Part shown: in pieces, positions 19,698 to 30,588 of the stretch
Position numbering within the stretch: the first letter of the stretch is position 1
How the letters are laid out: each line of letters begins with the position of its first letter
Made by a program: the position numbers and the translations under genes
Sequence record: OL964745.1
Strand: one strand, 5' to 3'
Origin: Escherichia phage T4
Length of the DNA: 64,000 nucleotides
Notes under the pieces: generated by a model
Databases searched by the model: none
The model's input: the letters and a program-made list of their open reading frames with translations, nothing else
Told to the model about the DNA's origin: nothing

Positions 19698-20847
19698 TTA
19701 GCTGTTCGAGGTCAGTTTCTAAATCAGCAGCTGATTTACTTTTACTTTCTGGAGATTTAAATTTTTCAACCTTTGAGTTAATCAATTCATCAACTTCAGC
19801 TTCAACAATTTCATTACTATCAATAGCACCTAACTGATAAGCACGTTTAATAGCATCTCGGAATGGTTGATGCTTAAATAAAGGACCCCAGAATGTAGTG
19901 CAGTTGGTATCTTTTGCACGCCAAGATTTTTCTTCGCGAATCATCTCGCCAGTTTCTTCGTCAAGAAATTCACGAGCATACCAGCCATTTTTAGGTTTTA
20001 CCACGAATCCTAATTCTAGAGCCATATCTAACAATCCAGAATAAGGATCGATACCACCGTCAAATTTAACATCAATAAAGAATTTACTTTTTTCTTTAAC
20101 GGTACGAGATTTTTCTACATTTAGAACAAATTGATACCCCTGAAGATCAGAACCATCTTTAATCTGGCGTTTACCGATAATGAATACGGTATCAGCCGAA
20201 TACATCGGTCCAGTACCACCTCCCATAACTGTTTTACTAAACATTTCTTGTGTTTCGTATGTATGGTTAATAGCAATACATGGAATATTTTTAGTACTAA
20301 AATAGGGAGTTACGATACGAAATAAGCTTTTCATTGTTTTAGCTCTAGTCATATCACTAACAACTTTTTCATTTAAAGCATCTTCAGTTTCTTTCTTAGA
20401 AGCTAAGTTACCAAGTGAATCGATAAAAACGACTACCTTTTCGCCGCGTTCAATTGCATCCAATTGATTAACCATGTCAATACGTAATTGCTCAAGTGAT
20501 TGAACCGGAGTATGAATTACTCGTTCTGGATCGACTCCCATAGACCGCAAATAAGCAGGAGTAATACCAAATTCACTATCATAAAACAAACATACTGCAT
20601 CAGGATATTGACGCATGTAAGATGACACCATTGTTAATCCAAAGTTTGATTTAAATGATTTTGATGGACCTGCCAAAATTAACAGACCAGATTGCATACC
20701 ACCAGTAATTTCACCAGAAAGTGCAATATTCATCATAGGAATTTTTGTTCGAACTACATCTTTTTCATTAAAGAATTTAGATGCTGTTAATTCTGCAGTC
20801 AATTTAGAAGTAGAAGCTTTAATCAAACGAGATTTTAAATCAGACAT
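19672..20847 (-). CDS. uvsX: UvsX recombinase (RecA/Rad51 family)
   Basis: 391-aa ORF with RecA-like ATPase core. Confidence 0.95.
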   Translation of the reverse strand: MSDLKSRLIKASTSKLTAELTASKFFNEKDVVRTKIPMMNIALSGEITGGMQSGLLILAGPSKSFKSNFGLTMVSSYMRQYPDAVCLFYDSEFGITPAYLRSMGVDPERVIHTPVQSLEQLRIDMVNQLDAIERGEKVVVFIDSLGNLASKKETEDALNEKVVSDMTRAKTMKSLFRIVTPYFSTKNIPCIAINHTYETQEMFSKTVMGGGTGPMYSADTVFIIGKRQIKDGSDLQGYQFVLNVEKSRTVKEKSKFFIDVKFDGGIDPYSGLLDMALELGFVVKPKNGWYAREFLDEETGEMIREEKSWRAKDTNCTTFWGPLFKHQPFRDAIKRAYQLGAIDSNEIVEAEVDELINSKVEKFKSPESKSKSAADLETDLEQLSDMEEFNE

Positions 20848-20855
20848 ATAATACC

Positions 20856-21533
20856 TTATAGTAGTGTTCTTGTTCCACGAAATACTTCGAGCATTCTTGC
20901 ATAAGATTTATTTGGAAATCCAGCTTCAATTGCTAATTTTTTAAGCTTAATAGCACCGGGTTTTCCAGAGTTTTCCCATATTTCTTTAATCTTTTCAATG
21001 TTATCCCACATTATTGGGTCACGTTTATGTGATGGTTTATTTCTATTATAACCATATGGATTATTAAGCAAAGCTTCTTTTCGTTTTGCTTTAGTTTCTT
21101 CTGACTGCTTTTTGCCTAGCTGGGCTTTCCGGCAAACATCACTAAATCCAAGATGTTTTGGTTTTCCTTTTTGAGCTTTTGAAATTTTTTCTTTGGTTTC
21201 TGATGAAACTCTATAACCAATTCTTCTACCACCCTCTCCACCAATTTTTAAATTATAAGTCATAGGATCATTTACCACATCTATTGTTACTAATTCTCTT
21301 TCAGCATCACGGGCTGATTTAAAATCTTTATAAAACCCAAGAATGCTTAAATTAAAATTTTTCTTACCATACTTTTTCTTGGCTTGTGCTAATAAAGTTC
21401 CTGATCCCATATAACCATCATTTAAATCATCGGTTGAATGAGTTCCATAGTAAATTTTATTATTAACTAAATTAGTTATAACATAAGTATAATTATATTT
21501 CTTTTCTTTATGTCTTTTCATGTCATTAATCAA
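20856..21533 (-). CDS. segA: GIY-YIG homing endonuclease SegA
   Basis: 225-aa ORF; GIY-YIG-type YTYVITNLVNNKIYYG plus NUMOD-like HSEETKxK repeats; between uvsX and beta-gt. Confidence 0.8.
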   Translation of the reverse strand: MINDMKRHKEKKYNYTYVITNLVNNKIYYGTHSTDDLNDGYMGSGTLLAQAKKKYGKKNFNLSILGFYKDFKSARDAERELVTIDVVNDPMTYNLKIGGEGGRRIGYRVSSETKEKISKAQKGKPKHLGFSDVCRKAQLGKKQSEETKAKRKEALLNNPYGYNRNKPSHKRDPIMWDNIEKIKEIWENSGKPGAIKLKKLAIEAGFPNKSYARMLEVFRGTRTLL

Positions 21534-21685
21534 CTGCTATTCGATGAACTTCTCTCTTTTCTAATCAATATAACAAAAGAAGTCCCAAAAAGCAAACAGA
21601 CCTAAACCGATAATAAGCAATAAAGGTCCTAACATTTATTCCACCGGTTAAAGATAAATAACTTTCTAATAATAGTTCATAATTT

Positions 21686-22741
21686 TTATAAATCAATAGC
21701 TTTTTTGAACGCATCTTGCCATTCGGCTTTCTTTGCACGGGTTTTATTTAAAATATCATGTTGAATAGAAAGCATCTCTTTACGCAAAACATCACTGTGT
21801 TTTAACTCATTGACTCTATCAATGAGTTCAGCACGATTATTTACATAAAAACGAGCATCATTAATAATTCGATGTTTGGTATCAAATTCTTCGTCAATTA
21901 GCATCACTGCATCAGATGCCATTGTTTCCCAGACGCGTAAGGTAATAAAGTTGTCATTATAATTCTTGTCACCAATAATTAATGCAGCAATAGCTTGACT
22001 ATTCTTTTCAGATACCATGTTCATAGGAATTTTTCCAGTGAACACCGGAGCTTTGGTCCAAGGATATTTAGGATTTTTAAACTGTTTTTCTCGTGCATTG
22101 CCAAAAAACTCAATATTTAAACCGGTGTCAAATAAGAATTCTACCATCTTGGATTCGCGTTGACCGGACCGAAATGAACCGCCATAAATAACATCCAAAG
22201 TTTTCTTGGTAGGCTTAGATAATTGAAAATCGTTCATATGAATTTTATATTGTTCAATAGGAAAATATTCAAATTCAATAACATTATCAACTTTCTTATG
22301 CGCAGCCTTAGCAATGTCTAAATTTATACCTTGGGAAATCACTTTAATTGGTGATTTAATTAATAGCTCTTCTTCAGTGTACAAATATGCCCATGGTCTA
22401 TTTTTAACATTTGGCCAAGACTGCGAAAACGGCAAACGTATATCTGTAAATAAATAATAAATTTTACTTTTGTATTTTGCCATAAATTTTTGCGCAGATA
22501 AAATTGCTAAATTAGGTTTACCGCCAAAAAAGTTAATAGAAGAATTAACAACTATCAAACGGTCATAATCATTAACATCTACTTCATCAAAAGATTTAGT
22601 GTAAACACCATTTTTAAGAGAAATAATGTCGACATTAAGACCCATTTCAGAAATAACTTTAAAAAGATAAATAGTTTCAGAAGATGGAACAGTTTTAAAA
22701 TTAATAACATTATTACCCATATTAATTATAGCAATTTTCAT
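21686..22741 (-). CDS. bgt: DNA beta-glucosyltransferase
   Basis: 351-aa ORF beginning MKIAIINMGNNVINFKT, consistent with T4 beta-gt. Confidence 0.9.
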   Translation of the reverse strand: MKIAIINMGNNVINFKTVPSSETIYLFKVISEMGLNVDIISLKNGVYTKSFDEVDVNDYDRLIVVNSSINFFGGKPNLAILSAQKFMAKYKSKIYYLFTDIRLPFSQSWPNVKNRPWAYLYTEEELLIKSPIKVISQGINLDIAKAAHKKVDNVIEFEYFPIEQYKIHMNDFQLSKPTKKTLDVIYGGSFRSGQRESKMVEFLFDTGLNIEFFGNAREKQFKNPKYPWTKAPVFTGKIPMNMVSEKNSQAIAALIIGDKNYNDNFITLRVWETMASDAVMLIDEEFDTKHRIINDARFYVNNRAELIDRVNELKHSDVLRKEMLSIQHDILNKTRAKKAEWQDAFKKAIDL

Positions 22742-22764
22742 ATTATTCCTTTTATGTTAAACGA

Positions 22765-23505
22765 TTAAGCGTATTTTCCTACATAATCTTTTTTCGAAAT
22801 ATGTGTTTCGCCAGTTTTCCACCAATGATCAACCAAATAAAAATGACGAGAATACACATGTAGGCTTCCAACATTCCATATAATGGAACCTGCTTTATAC
22901 TGGCGAGTTGAATCACCTGCATTCAAATCAGATACTAATTTATCTAATACGTATTTTTGCCATGCATAATCATTACGGAATCCGAAGACCACGTCATTTG
23001 AGCGCATGTTAACAACCGCATTGATTTTCTTGTCACGAATCAGGTATTGTACTGTATTCGTGCACATGAAATCTGACATACCATCTTTATTATAGTCAAA
23101 CTGCATAGATGGACGAGTATAAATCATGATACCACGTCGAGAATCAGGATTTTGACCAAGTTCAGCTAAACACATGTCATACTGAGCATAGTTATCTTCT
23201 GACCAGATAGCCCAACCATAATTCGAGTTAATTTCACCTTTAGAAGATGCTACTTGTTGCCAAATCTTCGGTGTTTCACCCGGAATATCTTTAACGAACA
23301 AGCTTTTAGATTTATACCATTCAAGTTCACGCTGAATGTATTCATCATTAAGAGCGCCAAAAATAAACGGTTCATCTGCTACAAATGATGCGCCAATAAT
23401 TTCAATAGTTTTAACACCTGTTTTATCAACTACGAAATCTTTTTCTTTTAATGCAAGCCCCAAATGAAGACGGATTTCTTCAACTGTCATAGAGTCACTA
23501 ATCAT
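22765..23505 (-). CDS. 42: dCMP hydroxymethylase gp42
   Basis: 246-aa thymidylate-synthase-fold ORF. Confidence 0.92.
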   Translation of the reverse strand: MISDSMTVEEIRLHLGLALKEKDFVVDKTGVKTIEIIGASFVADEPFIFGALNDEYIQRELEWYKSKSLFVKDIPGETPKIWQQVASSKGEINSNYGWAIWSEDNYAQYDMCLAELGQNPDSRRGIMIYTRPSMQFDYNKDGMSDFMCTNTVQYLIRDKKINAVVNMRSNDVVFGFRNDYAWQKYVLDKLVSDLNAGDSTRQYKAGSIIWNVGSLHVYSRHFYLVDHWWKTGETHISKKDYVGKYA

Positions 23506-23658
23506 TTAAACCTCAATTGATACATTCATATTTAACTTGTAACAGTAATAAACTCCAACCTAAAATAATAGTTGGAATCATAAGAGGAACCGTTACACTA
23601 TAGTATATACTTATTATAATCATCAAGATTAAAAGCAATGCTGCTATAATTTTGCTTT

Positions 23659-23910
23659 TCATTCCTTCTCTCTGATGATAATTACCTGATTTGGCTGCGC
23701 AGACTTTTTAGTTTCACCTGCAATTGACCAAATAAATGTAATAAACCAACCAATAATTGACCAGTTAAACAGTAAAGATGCGAAAAAGATTCCTACTGTC
23801 GATTTTGACCCACGCATCAAGGCGATAAACCATGGAAGCATGTATATAATAATAGCCAACACGCCTGAAACTAAAACCATAAAAATTGAACCTGCTACTA
23901 AAGTTTCCAT
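23659..23910 (-). CDS. imm: Imm immunity (superinfection exclusion) membrane protein
   Basis: 83-aa ORF with two hydrophobic helices. Confidence 0.85.
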   Translation of the reverse strand: METLVAGSIFMVLVSGVLAIIIYMLPWFIALMRGSKSTVGIFFASLLFNWSIIGWFITFIWSIAGETKKSAQPNQVIIIREKE

Positions 23911-23917
23911 GTTTTCC

Positions 23918-24310
23918 TCACTTAGTCAAATTTTTTACACATGAATTATAAGAATTCACTACATACTCCATCGGAGCGTTTTTACCTGTACGCCACTGGT
24001 AATTATTAGCCCAATTTGCCCAAAGCTCAGCGCAGTAGTTTTCAATTTTTTCTTCGCGTGTAATTACATCTGAATTACGATATGCTTGAGCAGATTCATC
24101 TGGACGAATAGCTTCGTCAAAATTCGCCTGCATTTGTTCTACTGTCTGTTTTGGAGCTTCTTTATAACACTTGACATTAGGATTATAAAATTTGCTTGAA
24201 CAGTTTACAATTTTTCCTACATCAGACTGATTTACTACCGGTCCTTGAGCTACACAACCAGCAAGACCTAATGCAATAACCAAAATAGCGATTTTCATTT
24301 CATTCTCCAA
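23918..24310 (-). CDS. lipoprotein (130 aa), imm.1-like
   Basis: Signal peptide with lipobox LAGC. Confidence 0.5.
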   Translation of the reverse strand: MENEMKIAILVIALGLAGCVAQGPVVNQSDVGKIVNCSSKFYNPNVKCYKEAPKQTVEQMQANFDEAIRPDESAQAYRNSDVITREEKIENYCAELWANWANNYQWRTGKNAPMEYVVNSYNSCVKNLTK

Positions 24311-24385
24311 ATCCGTATCAGTAGTTGATAGTTGTATAGTACCATGGAAGAACAGTCTTGTAAACAGTTTTGTGAAAAAATTTTT
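24305..24385 (-). repeat. conserved early promoter plus 5' leader element
   Basis: About 80-bp element also at 49601..49675, 60773..60862, 4347..4440, 48166..48225, 63647..63715; minus-strand core GTTTAC...GGTACTATACAACTATCAACTA...GGAG. Confidence 0.55.
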
Positions 24386-24447
24386 AGGGAATCCAAAGGG
24401 TCCAGAATCATCTCTTTTTCATAAGTATAGATTTATATTACTTGTAT

Positions 24448-24470
24448 GAAAAAGGGACCTGGAGGTCCCT
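24448..24470 (-). terminator. hairpin terminator after gene 43
   Basis: Minus RNA GGGACC-UCCA-GGUCCC followed by UUUUU. Confidence 0.55.
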
Positions 24471-24482
24471 AGATTTATTCTA

Positions 24483-27179
24483 TCAGCCAAACAGGAAGTC
24501 TAACGAAGCTTTTTCTTCATAGTCCATGCCAGCCGATTCACACATACCCGCAAGCGGTTTAACAAACGATTTTTGGAACAAAGTTGAGTGGTCAATCCAA
24601 GATAGCACATCAGAACGAATTTCTTTTGGAAGTTCTGTACCCGATGGCCAAGCAATGCACTTGTCACCAAATGGATTTCCTTCACGTAATGGAAGAACCA
24701 TTACTTTATTTCCATCCAAAATTGGAGCTACACCTAAACCGCTAACAGCTCGACGATAAGTTAGCACACCACGAATATGGAACGGGCATTTAAATCCTGG
24801 CCAACCTTTATCATCATATTTCGCTATATCGTTCGCAGTTTTTACTTCAGCAATAACTTTATAGTCAAGTTGACGATATTCTTTCTCGAAGTTCTTGTAG
24901 TATTCTTGGACAGACTCTTCACCTTCCTGAAGAATACGACGAATACTTTCTTCGAGAGCTTCTTGCACTGCTTTTGGTGTTGAACTCTGCTGAGTTTCCA
25001 TACCCATGATTTTTAGATGCGGTTCAGCAAATCGCTTATCTTCCATATCATAAACGTTCAGAGCATAACGCTTTTTCGCTTTCCAAAATCCACCAACGCC
25101 CTTTGAACCAAGCGGAGGGCAAGAAATAGCTTCACGGTCCATATGCATCAGATGCTCGCGGTTATTCATATAATCACATAACTCACGATATGCAACATCA
25201 ATCATAGGTTCCATCTTTTTCTTACCGAACTGATTCATGAATTCAACCAAATCGTTCTGCTCTTTGAATCGGTCAAGACCAACTTTTTCAATAACTTTAT
25301 CTACGCAAACATATACCGAATCAGTATCACCTGCTGCAATGAAATCTTCATCATTAGTTCCGCATACTTTATTCAGATATTCATTAATTTTACGAGCAAT
25401 CCACTGAATACCGACTTGGCCGAAAATTGTGATAGCAGTAGCATTTCGCAAATCATAGTAACGGAAATGAATATTACCAAGAGCACCATAAAGACTGTTA
25501 ATGAGAATTTTACGGTTCAGCTGATTTGTATTAGCAAGTGTAGCTGCTTTTTCACATTCTTCAATCAGACTATTGAGAACAGATTCGGTGTAATTCGATA
25601 GTTCATTTAAGAAATCATCACTGAACTTAACATATCGTTCAACTTCTGGTTTAGTTGAACAAGACCCTGCGCCTTTCATAATAATCTTTTTAATAGCTTC
25701 GGCATTCATTTCTTCAGCGAACATTTTCTTTTTCCAGTCTTTACGCTGGAAAAATACTTTAGCGATTTCCTTTGGAATGATACCTTCTTGATGTTTATCA
25801 TACATCCATCCATTCGGAGAACAAGAATATTCATCACTCGGTTTAGGAGCTGTTCCTGCGATATATTCATGAATTGGATGAACTTTAAACTGACCACGAA
25901 TAGTTTCAGGACTAATGTTAACCTGGCGAATAATGCTCGGATACAGAGACGTCAAGTCAAAACTCATAATGTATCGACGTGCAATTGGTTTAGGTTCAAA
26001 CACAAATGCACCCGGAAAACTCTGTTTAACGTGCGAACCTTGTTGAGGAATAACCTTATGTTCACCTTTCAATGAGTTAAAAATAATAGCATCCCAAGTT
26101 TTAATAGGACTCATTACACCAGAAAAAGGCATTTTAGCGTAATAAGACATACTTAAAACTAGATCGATAAACCCACGAATTTTATCGATTGCTTGAACTG
26201 ATTCTACGTCAATGATGTTATAACTAATGTATCGTTGATGATTAGTCTCACGAAGTTTATTAATAGGACCGTCGTATGGTAATTTACCTTTTTTGGTTTC
26301 ATGTTGAGCAACTGATTCCAAAGAGAATGACGGCAAATTAGTAAAAGCGAATTTCTTGTACAAATCTAAATAATCAAGAATAGATACGCCATCAATAGAA
26401 TAAATTTCTTTGCTACCGTACATATTTTGAATTAGTTTAGATTTTACCCGACCGATTGGAGAGAAACGTTTCATACTACGTTCACCCAGAATCATTTTAA
26501 CACGATTCATGATATACGGAACGTCAAACCCCTCAATATTCCAACCAGTAAAAATAGCAGGTCGTTTCTGTTCCCAAAGATTGATATATTCCATGAGCAT
26601 ATCACGCTCATTATCGAATGGCATATAAATTACTCGGTCAAGAATTTCTTGAGGAACTTCATCACCACCTTCACAGTCAAGCTTAGCAGCTAACTTTGCA
26701 TCCCATTTTGATACTGAACCGTACATTGAATTCAAAAGGTCGAAAACATAAAAACGATCGTCAATTGAATCGTAATGAGTGATAGCATCAATTTCATATT
26801 CTGCTTTCATTGGGTCAGGAAATTTATCACCAGTAACCTCAATGTCACAGTTAGCTACACGAACAAATTTTCGGTCATAAACAATTTCTGAACCATATGT
26901 ATCACTTATATAAGCGAGTTTAAAATCGTTCATACCGAGAGCTTCGAGACCGATGTCTTCCATTCGCTTCATCCAATCTCGAGCATCTTTCATTGATGGA
27001 AATTTTTGAGGAGCGCAGTTTTTACCATAGATGTCTTTGTATTTTGACTCTTCCTTACAATGCCTAAACATAGTTGGAAGATATTCTACTTCACGGGTAC
27101 GTTCCTTTCCATTTTCATCAATATAACGTTCAACAATGTTATTTCCGACTGTTTCAATAGAGATATAAAATTCTTTCAT
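24483..27179 (-). CDS. 43: DNA polymerase gp43 (family B)
   Basis: 898-aa ORF with exonuclease and polymerase motifs (YGGF..., DTDS). Confidence 0.97.
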   Translation of the reverse strand: MKEFYISIETVGNNIVERYIDENGKERTREVEYLPTMFRHCKEESKYKDIYGKNCAPQKFPSMKDARDWMKRMEDIGLEALGMNDFKLAYISDTYGSEIVYDRKFVRVANCDIEVTGDKFPDPMKAEYEIDAITHYDSIDDRFYVFDLLNSMYGSVSKWDAKLAAKLDCEGGDEVPQEILDRVIYMPFDNERDMLMEYINLWEQKRPAIFTGWNIEGFDVPYIMNRVKMILGERSMKRFSPIGRVKSKLIQNMYGSKEIYSIDGVSILDYLDLYKKFAFTNLPSFSLESVAQHETKKGKLPYDGPINKLRETNHQRYISYNIIDVESVQAIDKIRGFIDLVLSMSYYAKMPFSGVMSPIKTWDAIIFNSLKGEHKVIPQQGSHVKQSFPGAFVFEPKPIARRYIMSFDLTSLYPSIIRQVNISPETIRGQFKVHPIHEYIAGTAPKPSDEYSCSPNGWMYDKHQEGIIPKEIAKVFFQRKDWKKKMFAEEMNAEAIKKIIMKGAGSCSTKPEVERYVKFSDDFLNELSNYTESVLNSLIEECEKAATLANTNQLNRKILINSLYGALGNIHFRYYDLRNATAITIFGQVGIQWIARKINEYLNKVCGTNDEDFIAAGDTDSVYVCVDKVIEKVGLDRFKEQNDLVEFMNQFGKKKMEPMIDVAYRELCDYMNNREHLMHMDREAISCPPLGSKGVGGFWKAKKRYALNVYDMEDKRFAEPHLKIMGMETQQSSTPKAVQEALEESIRRILQEGEESVQEYYKNFEKEYRQLDYKVIAEVKTANDIAKYDDKGWPGFKCPFHIRGVLTYRRAVSGLGVAPILDGNKVMVLPLREGNPFGDKCIAWPSGTELPKEIRSDVLSWIDHSTLFQKSFVKPLAGMCESAGMDYEEKASLDFLFG

Positions 27180-27231
27180 AGATATTCCTTAGTTTATAGC
27201 CCGAGTTATTAGGCTCTTGATATATTATACT

Positions 27232-27256
27232 CCAAATAAGGGGCCGAAGCCCCTTG
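27232..27256 (-). terminator. UUCG hairpin after regA
   Basis: Minus RNA GGGGC-UUCG-GCCCC. Confidence 0.5.
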
Positions 27257-27257
27257 C

Positions 27258-27626
27258 TTAATTACCAATCGTATATTTAGGAACGAGCTTCCATTCATGT
27301 TTTTGTTTAAAAGAAATAACTCGGAAGTTATTAGTTAAATCTTTCATAAAAGTTCTTTGACCAGGAACGATTTCAATTAGTCCCCAATCTTCTAATAGCC
27401 ATGCAATCGAATCACGACGAACTTCATCTTCTTCTGTCATTTCAACTTGACGACCATCCATACGAAGCATTTCTTTAAAATGAACGATATAGTATAGTCC
27501 TTTTTTCTGAAGAATATGACAGGACTGATATAGAACTTTATCTTTATTATTAGCAATTCCCATACGAGTCAAAGTTTCTTTTACTTTCAGAAAATCTTCA
27601 GGTTTTTTAAGAGTAATTTCAATCAT
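27258..27626 (-). CDS. regA: RegA translational repressor
   Basis: 122-aa ORF between gene 43 and gene 62. Confidence 0.9.
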   Translation of the reverse strand: MIEITLKKPEDFLKVKETLTRMGIANNKDKVLYQSCHILQKKGLYYIVHFKEMLRMDGRQVEMTEEDEVRRDSIAWLLEDWGLIEIVPGQRTFMKDLTNNFRVISFKQKHEWKLVPKYTIGN

Positions 27627-27627
27627 T

Positions 27628-28191
27628 TTACCATTCCAATGCTAGTTTTTTGAGTTGTTTCTGTTCTTTTACGTTCTTAGTCACTTCTTTCAAAAAATCA
27701 TCCGTGACTAAACCTTTTAGTTCTTTTAATACTAAAGGAAGTTTTCCATTTTTAGTAAGAATTGATTTATAGTTAATTGCATCATTTGTATTAACTTGAT
27801 ACCGCTTAGCAAGTAACTTAATAATCAATACTTCGGTGGAATCTTCAACCAGTTTTGCCCATTTACCATATCTTTTACCACGAGGAACTGCAGCCATTAG
27901 ATAATTAAAATGAGCTTCATCACTTAAGCCTGATCCAATTAAATTCATAGCATATACAGCTGGCATACACTCTGGAAATTGTGATAATGCATTTTCAACC
28001 ATGAATTTTGAATAATCTTTTTGAGCAATAGAGCATTTAGTTTTATTATTAATAGCTCCAATTATTTCAAAAAATTCATTTTCTGCTTTTTCTTTAAAAG
28101 AATCAGCAGCGGATTGGACAGCTGTCCAATCTTTTGAATACCAAGCAACTTGATGCTCGTTTAATTGAATATCATCTTTAAATAAGCTCAT
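27628..28191 (-). CDS. 62: clamp loader small subunit gp62
   Basis: 187-aa ORF downstream of gene 44. Confidence 0.9.
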
Positions 28192-28192
28192 A

Positions 28193-29167
28193 TCACTTCC
28201 ACTGCATTTCGCATGCTAATTGAATGAAAAGATAAGCTAAATGCAATTCAGTATTAGCTGCAATACCATGATACTGATTATTTTCGCCGACAATTTCGTA
28301 CATACGAATAATACTTTGTGGAGTTACACGTGAATAGATTTCTTCGGCAAGTTTACCCACGAACCACGAATAATCAGCCGCATATTTTGGTGCTAAAGCT
28401 CTGAGTTGTTTAACATCTTTATTTTTGAGAGACTCAAGAACATCATCAATAGCACCACGATCGTTAGTAACCAGTGATAAAATACCAGCATCCAAAACAC
28501 CTTTAGACGAATAACTATCGAGCTCGCCAATAGTTTTACGAAAATCAGGAAAATTCTTTTTAACCAAAGCTGCTACAACTTTCATATCAGCTATAGCAAT
28601 TCCTTCATGCTTGCAGATTTCAGTCAATCGACGAATCATCTGCTTCATCATTTCAATTTTATCTTCATCAGTTGGTTGACCGAATGTAATAACTCGGCAG
28701 CGTGACTGAAGCGGTTTAATAATACCATCAATATTATTAGCAGTAATAATAATACTACAGTTTGAACTATAAGCTTCCATAAAGGAACGAAGATGTCGCT
28801 GAGACTCTGCTAACCCTGAACGGTCAAATTCATCAATAACGATTACTTTTTGACGACCATCAAATGAAGCGGCGCTGGCAAAATTAGTCAAAGGACCACG
28901 AACGAAATCAATTTTACAATCTGACCCATTCACAAACATCATATCAGCATTTACATCATGACATAATGCTTTTGCTACAGTTGTTTTACCTGTTCCTGGA
29001 GAAGGAGAATGAAGAATAATATGTGGAATCTTACCTTTACTTGTAATAGATTTAAAGGTTTCTTTATCAAAGGCGGGAAGAATACATTCATCGATAGTAG
29101 ATGGACGATATTTCTGTTCAAGAATGTGTTCTTTTTCATTTACAGTAATCATAATTTCCTCATTCAA
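28193..29167 (-). CDS. 44: clamp loader ATPase gp44 (AAA+)
   Basis: Walker [11 protein letters not shown], Walker B VIVIDEFD; real start probably the internal MITVNEKEH. Confidence 0.92.
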   Translation of the reverse strand: MNEEIMITVNEKEHILEQKYRPSTIDECILPAFDKETFKSITSKGKIPHIILHSPSPGTGKTTVAKALCHDVNADMMFVNGSDCKIDFVRGPLTNFASAASFDGRQKVIVIDEFDRSGLAESQRHLRSFMEAYSSNCSIIITANNIDGIIKPLQSRCRVITFGQPTDEDKIEMMKQMIRRLTEICKHEGIAIADMKVVAALVKKNFPDFRKTIGELDSYSSKGVLDAGILSLVTNDRGAIDDVLESLKNKDVKQLRALAPKYAADYSWFVGKLAEEIYSRVTPQSIIRMYEIVGENNQYHGIAANTELHLAYLFIQLACEMQWK

Positions 29168-29179
29168 GTTTTAGTGTAA

Positions 29180-29202
29180 ATTATAAAGGGCCGAAGCCCT
29201 CT
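29180..29202 (-). terminator. UUCG hairpin between 45 and 44
   Basis: Minus RNA GGGC-UUCG-GCCC. Confidence 0.45.
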
Positions 29203-29203
29203 A

Positions 29204-29890
29204 TTAAAAATCGTGGGTAGAATCAGCTTCAAGAGCTACCACATAATTCGCGTGTTCACCTTCAAATTTAGCAGCACCTTGTTTACCTTTTGCCCAAAGC
29301 AGAAGTTTATAATTTCCTGGTTGCATTTTCATATTTGCCATATTGATAATGAAATTAAATGTATTTTCACCATCATAATCACCAAGAGTCAAAGAATATT
29401 TAACACGGGTCAGAGCAGAATCTTCTACTTTATTAAAACCGTTAATTACGATTTTACCTTCTTTTACCGTGATAGCAATTGTATCAATTTGCAGACCACG
29501 AGATACACGCAACAGCTGTTGAAGGTCTTCAGCTTTAATTTCAGTAACAGCAGATGCTACCGGGAATGGAATTGGTTTATTAGGAGCAACTACTGTACTC
29601 GGATCGGCTGCTGGCCAAAAAATTGTTGAGCGGGCATCAGCAATTTTAATATTTCCATCTTCTGACTGGGAAATTTCTGCATCATCATTAACTAAAGACA
29701 GAATACCGAGAAAACCGTTCAAATCGTAAATTGCTACATCAAAATCAATAACGTCAGAAATATTTGCTTCCGCATAAGTTGTACCATTAACTGCGCGAGT
29801 CATAATAAATTGACCGGATTTAAGCATAATACCAGAGTTAATAGTAGCGAAATTTTTAAGCAGAGCAGTAGTATCTTTAGACAGTTTCAT
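29204..29890 (-). CDS. 45: sliding clamp gp45
   Basis: 228-aa ORF at the head of the 45-44-62 cluster. Confidence 0.95.
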   Translation of the reverse strand: MKLSKDTTALLKNFATINSGIMLKSGQFIMTRAVNGTTYAEANISDVIDFDVAIYDLNGFLGILSLVNDDAEISQSEDGNIKIADARSTIFWPAADPSTVVAPNKPIPFPVASAVTEIKAEDLQQLLRVSRGLQIDTIAITVKEGKIVINGFNKVEDSALTRVKYSLTLGDYDGENTFNFIINMANMKMQPGNYKLLLWAKGKQGAAKFEGEHANYVVALEADSTHDF

Positions 29891-29945
29891 GTAATTTCCT
29901 TCAATTCAAATGAGATTTAATTTTATAACTAATTTAATAAAGCAA

Positions 29946-30335
29946 TTAACGATTAAAATCAGCCGCAATTGTTTCCGCAACAATTTGAGCAGCAACAATT
30001 AGACGTTCATCTGCATTACCGCAATAATCATCTTCAAGGCGTTCACCACATGAAGTCATAATAAATTTAGCACCGGCGTTTAGGGATTCTGTAGTATGTT
30101 TGCGCATTAGTTCAATCCATTTATTACTTACTTCACGATCGATAGCTTCATAATACGCATGACGAGCAGGTGCAGATTTAATTTTGTTCTGAATAACTTC
30201 CATTGCGTTATCAGAAAGAGACAAAACCCATGCTCGACGAATTTTATTTTGGTTTTGTGGATTTGATTCAGAACGCACGTGTTTTGGCTGAATATCTTTT
30301 ACATCAACAGTATAATTCACAGTAATTTTAGTCAT
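29946..30335 (-). CDS. rpbA: RNA polymerase-binding protein RpbA
   Basis: 129-aa ORF between 45 and 46. Confidence 0.75.
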
Positions 30336-30344
30336 AATACACCT

Positions 30345-30533
30345 TTAGTCATAATAATCAGTAACAGTCCAAGCTTCATTTCTATTGGACATTATTTTTG
30401 TATATTCTGCTTTAAATGCATTCCTAAGCATAGATTCAGTAACTATATGCTCTTCATTAGAAAAATTATTTCTCAGAATATATCGTTTTATTTCAGGAAT
30501 AGTTAATAGATGCTGTCCAGTTGAATATTCCAT
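30345..30533 (-). CDS. hypothetical protein (62 aa)
   Basis: ORF track. Confidence 0.4.
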   Translation of the reverse strand: MEYSTGQHLLTIPEIKRYILRNNFSNEEHIVTESMLRNAFKAEYTKIMSNRNEAWTVTDYYD

Positions 30534-30588
30534 GTTTTTCCTCCATAGAGATTATACTCTAATAAATTAAAGCATAATCTCTTATAAA

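Noticed and set aside
24500-26075. Small ORFs on both strands inside gene 43
   Set aside because: Embedded in or antisense to the 898-aa DNA polymerase ORF; no independent support.
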